DNA of 63,623 bases, filler included. It is 6 parts of 6 records of this genome, joined end to end, with 100 filler letters (N's around TTAATTAATTAA, not from the genome) between each part and the next. Parts side by side here need not be neighbours in the genome. Positions count along the whole stretch, not along the records: positions 27,878 to 38,661 come from SRR31147125_2736; 5 more parts are not named here. The stretch is one strand, 5' to 3'. The position numbers and the translations under genes are program-made. Positions within the stretch are counted from its first letter, which is position 1. The number at the start of each line of letters is the position of its first letter. A model generated the notes under the pieces. That model was not told the origin of the DNA, ran no database searches, and saw only the letters and a list, made by a program, of their open reading frames with translations. Below are positions 28,549 through 35,999 of this stretch, in pieces.

Positions 28549-29547
28549 TCAAATTGGTCTTTGGAATCGTAATCCGTTTGATTTCAGAAAATTCCAAAAC
28601 CCCTTATACATCATATCCTGAGTTTCATATACTGCTTTGCCGGCTACCTTGACCATTAAGTCACTCATTTTTTCTAGAGCTGCTATTAGCTTTTCAGTGA
28701 GCAAATAATGGTCATCCAAGGCATTTAGGCCGGTACCTACTAAAACACTGACCAAAATAACAGCTGCTATCGGTAGAGACGCGACTGTTGTTACTCCGCC
28801 TACTGCAAGTCCAAAAATAGCGCCCATTACAGCAGCGGTGCCCACCTTTATCAACTCTGAGGCAACACTGCCAACCACTATCGGGAGTGTGGCGTGGTCC
28901 TGTAAAAAACATTCGAACACGGTCAGAGGCACGGTGATGCAGATGGTTATCATGCCACCGATTTTAACCTTGCTATTGATACCCAAGGCGCCAATTGCCA
29001 TTTTAATGATCCGTTGGTTCTTGGCTGAATAGATGGTGCCCGGAAAGCGGGTCCTCAAACCGGGGTATCCTGAAAAGGCGATGTATTGACGCCCGTTGAT
29101 CACCTTTGGAATCGCCTGGCCGGTGATGCCGAGGTCTTTGCACACCAATGTCAGTGTGCCGGTATCGAGAATGGGAGAGACGTAGGGCGCAATGTTTCTT
29201 TTCGCAAAGCCTATCGAATCCAGGGCATTCAGGTCGGGCACGGATATGTTGATTCTTCTGCCGTGTCCGTGGCAGTCGATGGTCGAGTACTCACGGGCCG
29301 GTTTCACAGTACTGAAAGATTGCCCCCCTTTCCGATGGAGAGATACATGGACAGGCATCACCGGGCTTTTTTCACCCGGTGGGGCCGAATAGCGCCACTC
29401 TGTAGGCACCGCACTGAGATTCTTGCTGCGCTTGTTTGAGCTTTTTCTCTGGAATTGCCATGCTGCCAGCAGATCGTCGGCATCGGTAATGAATACGATG
29501 CGATGATTGCTTTTCAGTTTTGTTTTGACCTCTGTAGCAATGCTCAT
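28549..29547 (-). CDS. Tme-like membrane-disrupting antibacterial toxin/effector
   Basis: KDLGITG..K.INGRQYIAFSGYPGLR..GTIYSAKN..IIKMAIG..GG..; FLQD.ATL..GS..SELIK; Gly-rich TM hairpin; LDDHYLLTEKL. AGGAG RBS. Confidence 0.78.
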   Translation of the reverse strand: MSIATEVKTKLKSNHRIVFITDADDLLAAWQFQRKSSNKRSKNLSAVPTEWRYSAPPGEKSPVMPVHVSLHRKGGQSFSTVKPAREYSTIDCHGHGRRINISVPDLNALDSIGFAKRNIAPYVSPILDTGTLTLVCKDLGITGQAIPKVINGRQYIAFSGYPGLRTRFPGTIYSAKNQRIIKMAIGALGINSKVKIGGMITICITVPLTVFECFLQDHATLPIVVGSVASELIKVGTAAVMGAIFGLAVGGVTTVASLPIAAVILVSVLVGTGLNALDDHYLLTEKLIAALEKMSDLMVKVAGKAVYETQDMMYKGFWNFLKSNGLRFQRPI

Positions 29548-29836
29548 CTTTTCTCCTTCCTGATGACTCTTCGCTGTAATACTAAAGCAGGATGGACAGA
29601 GAGCAGAACTGCCTACGACTCAGGGAGGAGGATCGGGCACATCAGAGGCCCCCGCCTGCTTTTTCTACCGACTATGGATGAGGATTATAAGAAATTGCGA
29701 ACGGCCATTGCGGCCTCAGGGATAGTTGTGCGTATCATTATAGACTTGAGGGCCAATTGTCAAGATCGTAAGGTGTGGAGAGAAACTATTTTATGCTCTC
29801 TATGCTATCACTATTATTTTTTACATCCGAATGATT

Positions 29837-30559
29837 CTATTTCAACAGGGTCAACCGTTGTACGCCCTTGATCTGTCTGTAGTTTGCGCCCTGGCTGATG
29901 CAGCGCAGCACCGTTTCGGGGTCGACGACCAGGGTGCCGCTGACGGCATCCACGCCGTAGTCGAAGAGCAGCGGCGATAGTGGCGCAGTCGGCCCAAGGA
30001 GCAGTACGAAGGCGGTAGGGTTGCAGAGAGCGAGCAGATCTTCAAGGGTATGATGGGTCAAGGCGGCGCCTGTGATGGCCACCAGATCGGCATCGGGAAT
30101 CAGATCCGCGGCCCTGTGTTCCGGTTCGTCGCCCGGTTGGGGATTTTTTTCGATCACCACCAGTGAGGCGGCGCACTTTTTGATTTTGGGCACAAAAGGG
30201 AAGTGGCCGACGATGGCCACCCTTTTTCCTTCCGCCTTTTCTGCAATCAGTTCGGCGGCGTTCATTTCCCGGCAGCGCGCCGTGTCGATCCGGAGAAGTG
30301 AATTGATGGTGGCCATGCCGATGGCTGCCTCCAGTAGGCTGTCCGAGTGGGCCATTTGAGCCAGTTGATGGGCGTCCTTTGTGAGCAGCGTGCCGGGGTT
30401 TCGAACCAGTGGTGGTTCCTGTCGCAGTGCGTCGTGGGGCAGGGTGGCGGCAATCCCGCAATTGCGGGTCAGGACGGCAGTGTCGAATACTCCTTGGCGG
30501 ATTTCTCTCACCGGGGCATCGAAATCGAGGGTGGCGATCAAGTGGTCAATGATTTTCAT
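29837..30559 (-). CDS. DUF364/DUF4213 Rossmann-like protein (putative heavy-metal chelation)
   Basis: AIGMATINS, VAIVGHFP, VIEKNP, ITG..L.HHTL and LGPTAPL. Confidence 0.85.
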   Translation of the reverse strand: MKIIDHLIATLDFDAPVREIRQGVFDTAVLTRNCGIAATLPHDALRQEPPLVRNPGTLLTKDAHQLAQMAHSDSLLEAAIGMATINSLLRIDTARCREMNAAELIAEKAEGKRVAIVGHFPFVPKIKKCAASLVVIEKNPQPGDEPEHRAADLIPDADLVAITGAALTHHTLEDLLALCNPTAFVLLLGPTAPLSPLLFDYGVDAVSGTLVVDPETVLRCISQGANYRQIKGVQRLTLLK

Positions 30560-30626
30560 GTCACTCCGTAGTTATCGGATTGTCGTCTTTGCTGGAAACG
30601 GGGTGAAGTGGTTCGATGGGTTTCGG

Positions 30627-31067
30627 TCATGTTCGATGGGTCTGTCGTTTCATATACTTCTCCAGGGCCGCCTGGAGGGTTGCTGCGGCGAGGAAGGCAC
30701 AGTGTTGGTCCTCCTCGGGAAAGGTGCCCAATATTTTCAGGATCAGGTGGCCGTCGATGTCGGTCAGCTCTTCCGGGGTTTTCTCCAGCGCCATTTCGGC
30801 GGTCAGCGAACCGCAAACGGTGCTGGCCCCGCAACCATCGGTCAGAAATGAGGCCTTTTCGACCTGGTCGTTTTTAAACTTCAGGAAAATCTGCATGGTA
30901 TCTCCGCATGTGCCGGTGAGGCGGCCATGGGTGTCGGCATCTTCCATGGCTCCTCGATAGAGCGGATGGCGCCATCTTTGAAACCCGAGTTCGCCGTATG
31001 CTTCGCGGGTCTCCTCGAATATTTGATCCTGTAACCCTTTCACAAAGTCGTCGAGTCTGTCGCCCAT
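30627..31067 (-). CDS. NifU/IscU-like Fe-S scaffold domain protein
   Basis: Three conserved Cys in GTCGD, TDGC and QHCA. Confidence 0.88.
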   Translation of the reverse strand: MGDRLDDFVKGLQDQIFEETREAYGELGFQRWRHPLYRGAMEDADTHGRLTGTCGDTMQIFLKFKNDQVEKASFLTDGCGASTVCGSLTAEMALEKTPEELTDIDGHLILKILGTFPEEDQHCAFLAAATLQAALEKYMKRQTHRT

Positions 31068-31124
31068 TGTATCCTCTGGTCGCGGTTATAGTTGCCAATT
31101 CAATGTCATCAACTTAAACGTGTT

Positions 31125-31181
31125 TCGTACTCGTACTCGTACTCGATCGTCGATCGGGTAGTGTTTCGAGCACGAGTACGA
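31125..31181. repeat. (TCGTAC)n ... CGAGCACGAGTACGA inverted hexamer repeat (REP-like)
   Basis: Three TCGTAC units and an imperfect reverse-complement arm, between two co-oriented genes. Confidence 0.7.
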
Positions 31182-31222
31182 TTGGCATCGATTACCCCTA
31201 AGTTCATGACCTTGGTTGCCAA

Positions 31223-31735
31223 TCAGCGGTTTTTGCGCCCCGTGTTAGCTCCTCCCATGCATCGGCCGCCTCCCCCGCCCATGCCACGGCCGCCGCCTCC
31301 GCCCATACCGCGTCCCCCGCCCATACCTCGGCCGCCACCCATACCGCCGCCGCAACCGATGCCGCGGCCGGCGCCTGTGCCAAAAGGGGCCGAGTTGCCA
31401 TCGGGCGGGGATTGAGGCATCTTGCCCGCTTTGAACTGTTCCAGGGCGGTGCGCACGTTGCCGCTGACGCCGGTGACCACCTCGATGTTAATGGCAGTGA
31501 ATGCCTGAAGGGCGTTGGGGCCGCAGCTGCCGGTCAGCACGGTCGAAACACCTTTTTCGTGCATGAGAGCGGCCGATTGCGGACCGGCACCGCCGGGCAA
31601 TGACATGTTGGGGTTGGGAAGCGCCTCAACGTCAAGGGTTTCAGGATCGACGATCAAAAAGTAGGGGCAGCGGCCGAAGCGGGCATCGACCGTGCTGTCG
31701 AGCGTCTGGCCTGTGGAAGAGATGGCGATTTTCAT
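31223..31735 (-). CDS. NifB/NifX-family (MTH1175/Orp-like) protein with Gly/Arg/Met-rich tail
   Basis: MKIAISSTG, RFGRCPYF, GAG..A and LTGSCGPNA; GGGRGM repeats; GGAGG RBS before ATG 31735. Confidence 0.9.
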   Translation of the reverse strand: MKIAISSTGQTLDSTVDARFGRCPYFLIVDPETLDVEALPNPNMSLPGGAGPQSAALMHEKGVSTVLTGSCGPNALQAFTAINIEVVTGVSGNVRTALEQFKAGKMPQSPPDGNSAPFGTGAGRGIGCGGGMGGGRGMGGGRGMGGGGGRGMGGGGGRCMGGANTGRKNR

Positions 31736-31783
31736 ATGGTTACCTCCGAGATAAAGGTTTAATTTCTGCTTGAACTGTATGAG

Positions 31784-31799
31784 AGCAAAGCCCATGCCG
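31784..31799 (-). promoter_or_regulatory. sigma54 -24/-12 promoter
   Basis: CGGCATG-N4-TTGCT with exact GG-N10-GC spacing. Confidence 0.75.
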
Positions 31800-32031
31800 A
31801 GAAGTGAAAAAAGGGGGGCGATTCATATTCCCTTGCCCTACAAGGGGTTCAAGGCGTAATAGCTGGGAGTGGGGTATGTGGCGCAATGGATTGCATGGCG
31901 GTAATGCGACCCTATGGCTTTGAGAGTCCCCGTTGTGCGACGCTACCGGATAGGAATCAAGATGATCCACCGTTTGCATAAAGCCGCAGGGCTGCTGGAT
32001 CGCTGCTTTTTGTCGTCCCTTAAACCTATCC

Positions 32032-32047
32032 TGGTATGGCTTGTGCC
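32032..32047 (+). promoter_or_regulatory. sigma54 -24/-12 promoter (divergent)
   Basis: TGGTATG-N4-GTGCC with GG-N10-GC spacing, 26 nt before ATG 32074. Confidence 0.6.
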
Positions 32048-32073
32048 TCCCATGGCGATAGAAAGGCTTAAAA

Positions 32074-32961
32074 ATGGAAAGCACGCTCGATTGCATTGTC
32101 TGTTTTGTTCGGCAGTCTCTGGACGCTGCCAGGATGGTCTCGCAGGATCCATCGGTCCACGAACGCATCCTGCGCGAGGTGTTGCAGTGGACGATCCGAA
32201 TGGACATGCGCACGCCGCCGCCGGTTATAGGTCAGCGCATCCACCGGCTCTTAAAAGAGGCCTCCGGCAATACGGATCCTTATCGCGAGGTCAAGGAGCA
32301 GAGCAATCGCATGGCCCTGGCGTTGCTGCCCGATCTCAGAGCGATGGTTGAAAATGACGCGGAGCCGCTGGTCATGGCGCTTCGTTTGGCCCTGGCGGGC
32401 AATGTGATCGATATGGGGGTCAGCAGCGCCATCTCCGCGTCCGATATTCGAGATGCCGTCGAGCAAGCCACGACCGAGCCGCTGGTCGGCCCGCTGGCGC
32501 AATTTCAGCGTGCGACAGCCGCTGCGCGGTCGATTCTCTACCTGGCCGACAATGCGGGCGAGATCGTCTTCGATCGGCTGCTCGTCGAACAGTTGGGCCC
32601 CGTGCGCGTGACGCTGGCCGTGCGCGGCGCACCTGTAATCAATGATGCCACCTTGGACGACGCCAAAGCCGCAGGGTTCGAAGGGCTGGTTCCAATCGTT
32701 GAGAACGGCTCCGATGCACCGGGCACGCTGCTGGCGGATTGCAGCGACGATTTCAGGAGACGTTTCGAAGCCGCCGACCTGATCATTGCCAAGGGGCAGG
32801 GCAACTTCGAGACCCTGAGCATGGAGAAGAGAAACATCTTCTTCCTCTTCAAAGCCAAGTGCAGCGTCATTGCAGCCCATGTCGGTTTGCCGCAGGGAAC
32901 CCATGTCCTGGCCGTGCCCCAATGTTCGGGCGCCGACAGAAGCGATCCCGCCGGGAGGTGA
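32074..32961 (+). CDS. DUF89/ARMT1-like damage-control phosphatase
   Basis: CxxC N-terminus, DPY..K, GNVID, DNAGE, INDAT and KGQGNFE. Confidence 0.9.
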   Translation: MESTLDCIVCFVRQSLDAARMVSQDPSVHERILREVLQWTIRMDMRTPPPVIGQRIHRLLKEASGNTDPYREVKEQSNRMALALLPDLRAMVENDAEPLVMALRLALAGNVIDMGVSSAISASDIRDAVEQATTEPLVGPLAQFQRATAAARSILYLADNAGEIVFDRLLVEQLGPVRVTLAVRGAPVINDATLDDAKAAGFEGLVPIVENGSDAPGTLLADCSDDFRRRFEAADLIIAKGQGNFETLSMEKRNIFFLFKAKCSVIAAHVGLPQGTHVLAVPQCSGADRSDPAGR

Positions 32962-32967
32962 TGCATT

Positions 32968-33936
32968 ATGGCAGCGCACGAATACGCTTTTGGCCCTGTA
33001 CCGTCACGACGCCTGGGGCGGAGCCTCGGCATCAACAACATTCCCGCCAAGACATGCAGCTACGCTTGCATATACTGCCAGGTGGGCGGCACCACCCGGA
33101 TGCAGGCCGATCGTCTGACCTGCTACCAGCCGGAAGATATCTTCGGGGCGGTCCAGGGGCGCGTCGAAAAGGTCAGGGCCGCATCGGAGCAGATTGACTA
33201 CCTCGCCTTTGTTCCCGACGGAGAGCCGACGCTGGACATCAACCTGGGGGAGACCATCCACCGGCTGAGGGGGATAGGACTTTCCATCGGTGTGATCACC
33301 AACAGCTCTCTTCTGTGGCGCGAAGATGTGAGGAGGGAGCTCGCCGGGGCAAATTGGGTATCGGTCAAGATCGATGCGGTGGCAGACAAGGCCTGGCGCA
33401 AGGTGAATCGGCCCCACAAGGAACTGAAACTATCGACAATTCTGGAAGGCGTAGCCACTTTTGCAAACCGTTTTTCAGGGAAGCTGGTCACTGAAACGAT
33501 GCTCGTCGGGGGTGTAAACGACCAGGTGGAGGACCTGTGCGGCCTTGCAGACTTCCTGGGGCGGCTCGATCCCCAGGCCGCCTATCTGAGTATTCCGACG
33601 CGTCCGCCGGCCATGAGCTGGGTCCGTTGTCCCGACGAAGCGAGCCTCAACCGGGCTTTCCAGATCGTTTCGGAAAAGGTCAGGCGCGTAGAGTACCTGA
33701 TCGGTTACGAGGGCGATGCTTTCGCCTATTCCGGAGATATTGAAGAGGATCTTCTGAGCGTGACCGCCGTCCATCCGATGCGCGAGGAGGCGGTGGAGAG
33801 CCTTTTGTTTAGGGCCGCAGCGTCCAGGGAGGTCGTCGAGAAGCTGCTGGCCGGCGGCGATCTGCTCAAGACGATTTACAACGGACATGCCTTCTATGTG
33901 AGAAACTTCAGAAAGCGTATCAAAGCATCGCAATAA
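32968..33936 (+). CDS. Radical SAM protein of unknown substrate
   Basis: FGPVPSRRLGRSLGI, CSYACIYC and GEPTL. Confidence 0.9.
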   Translation: MAAHEYAFGPVPSRRLGRSLGINNIPAKTCSYACIYCQVGGTTRMQADRLTCYQPEDIFGAVQGRVEKVRAASEQIDYLAFVPDGEPTLDINLGETIHRLRGIGLSIGVITNSSLLWREDVRRELAGANWVSVKIDAVADKAWRKVNRPHKELKLSTILEGVATFANRFSGKLVTETMLVGGVNDQVEDLCGLADFLGRLDPQAAYLSIPTRPPAMSWVRCPDEASLNRAFQIVSEKVRRVEYLIGYEGDAFAYSGDIEEDLLSVTAVHPMREEAVESLLFRAAASREVVEKLLAGGDLLKTIYNGHAFYVRNFRKRIKASQ

Positions 33937-33942
33937 CCCCTG

Positions 33943-35280
33943 CTACCGAATTTGTCCCAAAGAGGTGATGGTCGGCGGCACCGGCAGTTCATGCCTGCCG
34001 ATTCTTTTGAGAAGCAATCGAACGGTCAGTGTCGAGGCGATGTTGGCCAGACCCAGTCCGATGGCGCCGATGAGATTGCCCGGTACTCCCAGCCACAGCG
34101 CAATCGTGCTGACGACGATGATGGCGACCAGATAAGCGCCCTGCCCGACAATGATGGTTTTCGGTTTGCGTGCGAAACCGGCCAGCCCTTCGCCCTGGGC
34201 GCGCAGGGCCACACACAGCGGAAACAGAGCCAGTCCAAAGGCCGCCGTGCGGACGATTCCCAGATCGGACGGCGCCAGTTTTTGAAGATCGACGTAGTAC
34301 CACTCCGCCAGACCCGGCAGTGTGAAAATCAGCGGCAGCAGGCCCATGACAAAACCGGCGATAAAGGCAAACGGTAAGGTGCGGCTGTCCCGTCCCTTTG
34401 GCGGGTGGAAGGACAATACCACTTCCTGAAGTCTCGTGGCCCCAAAAGCCACCGGCGCTGCCAATCCCAGTGCAAGGTAGTACGCCGGCAGCATGCGTTC
34501 GGGCAGATCGGCCCGCGCAATGAACGCCCCCAGTAAAATGGCTGAGGTCGTCAACAGGTAACCGCTGATGGAAAGGGGGAGGTTGAACAGGAACAGTGTC
34601 CGCTTCAGCGGCGGCGGCTCATCGGAGGCCTGCAGCCGTCTGATGAAGGGCGCCGCGAGCATGGCGGATACGCCCACCTCCAAAGCCACCGGCAAACTGA
34701 GGCACACCACCGCCCATATCGGACCGACCCAGCCTACATGGCAAAACAGCGGCGCCAGCAGCGCAGTGATGACGATGCGCATGATGGTCGCCGAGCTTGC
34801 CCGGAACGATGCCATCCCGTTGTACATGCTCACCTGGAACGGAATGCGCAGGAAAAAAAGAAACTGCAGCGGCACGCAGGCCAGCAAGGTGATGTGGGCC
34901 GGGCGTGCAATCGAGGGGGGCAGCCCGATGAGATCTTCGAAAAGCAGTTCGGCCACGGGTGGAAGACACAACAGGGTTTGCATCAATACCACCACCAGTG
35001 ACAGCCGCAGGGCGACGGTCCGAAACTGGGCGAACCCTTCGCGGTCCTTGCCGAATATCAGGCCGGTGGCGATCAGTCCGAAACCGAGCGTACCCAGCAT
35101 GAACATCAAGGTGTTGGCCTGGGCCAGGCCGGCCAGGTTCAGGGGGCCGCCCTCCGAACGCGACGCCACCATGGCCACCAAAGGGTAGGTCAATCCCTGT
35201 GACGCGGATTGAAGGGCCAGCGGCCAGAAAAAGCGGCTCAAACGACCGAAGGTCGGCGTATTTTGCGGTTCAATACTCAT
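33943..35280 (-). CDS. MATE/MOP-superfamily (ANKH-like) 12-TM transporter
   Basis: FFWPLAL N-terminal motif repeated in the second half (FNLPLSI); about 12 TM segments. Start taken at ATG 35280. Confidence 0.7.
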   Translation of the reverse strand: MSIEPQNTPTFGRLSRFFWPLALQSASQGLTYPLVAMVASRSEGGPLNLAGLAQANTLMFMLGTLGFGLIATGLIFGKDREGFAQFRTVALRLSLVVVLMQTLLCLPPVAELLFEDLIGLPPSIARPAHITLLACVPLQFLFFLRIPFQVSMYNGMASFRASSATIMRIVITALLAPLFCHVGWVGPIWAVVCLSLPVALEVGVSAMLAAPFIRRLQASDEPPPLKRTLFLFNLPLSISGYLLTTSAILLGAFIARADLPERMLPAYYLALGLAAPVAFGATRLQEVVLSFHPPKGRDSRTLPFAFIAGFVMGLLPLIFTLPGLAEWYYVDLQKLAPSDLGIVRTAAFGLALFPLCVALRAQGEGLAGFARKPKTIIVGQGAYLVAIIVVSTIALWLGVPGNLIGAIGLGLANIASTLTVRLLLKRIGRHELPVPPTITSLGQIR

Positions 35281-35537
35281 TGGAGCGGGAGTCCCCTGGT
35301 GCTGTTTCAGGTATGATCGGCTCAAACAGGGGTTGAAAATAGAACAATGCGATTAAGGGGTCAATTGATTGATGTCATTATTTTGCAGGGAATGATTTGA
35401 ACGCGCCGTTTTTCGATGTGGCATTCGGTAATGCCGATCATGTGTCCTATGGCGTTCCGCACTCTCGACAGGCCCGGGTTGTTCTTGTATATTGCCCAAG
35501 TTGATGCCATCCACTACTTCAAAGGAACAAAGGATCA

Positions 35538-35984
35538 TTGATGAGAGAACCGGGAGAGTTCGAACCGCTGGCACCCAATTTTGAAAAGGCGCTGCTGGAG
35601 AAGGCCAAGAACTTCCAGCCATTCTGGAAACTGTTGGGGATGGAACTGGTCGATGTCAAAAAGGGGTGGGCCGTCATCCGATTGCCCTTCGATAAGAAAT
35701 TGACACATGCAGACGGAATCGGCCATGGCGGAGCCATCTTCTCGGCTGCTGATACTGCGGTCGGCATGGCGCTGCTCGGACTGATCGAGCGTAATGAGAC
35801 CATGGTCACCATCGAAATGAAATTCAATTACCTGAAACCTTTTGTGGAAGGTGTCTTGCTGGCTGAAGCCCGCATCGTTCAAAAAGGATCGCGGACCGCC
35901 CTGGGCGAGGTGGATGTGACCACCGTATCGGGCGAATGCATAGGCAAGGGGCTGGCCACCTACATGATTATTCCCAAGTCTTAG
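35538..35984 (+). CDS. PaaI-family thioesterase (hotdog fold)
   Basis: GIGHGGAIFSAAD and VTIEMKFNYLKP. Confidence 0.88.
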   Translation: MMREPGEFEPLAPNFEKALLEKAKNFQPFWKLLGMELVDVKKGWAVIRLPFDKKLTHADGIGHGGAIFSAADTAVGMALLGLIERNETMVTIEMKFNYLKPFVEGVLLAEARIVQKGSRTALGEVDVTTVSGECIGKGLATYMIIPKS

Positions 35985-35999
35985 CTTTAGCGTTTCGAA

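Noticed and set aside
31125-31181. TCGTAC repeats as a CRISPR array
   Set aside because: They are hexamer units with no spacers and no cas genes.
30627-31735. NifU-like and NifX-like genes as evidence of nitrogen fixation
   Set aside because: There are no nifHDK/ENB genes, and these families are common in non-nif Orp-like loci.
32968-33936. Radical SAM protein as a wyosine synthase (Tyw1)
   Set aside because: Wyosine is an archaeal/eukaryotic modification. Only the generic radical SAM fold is supported.
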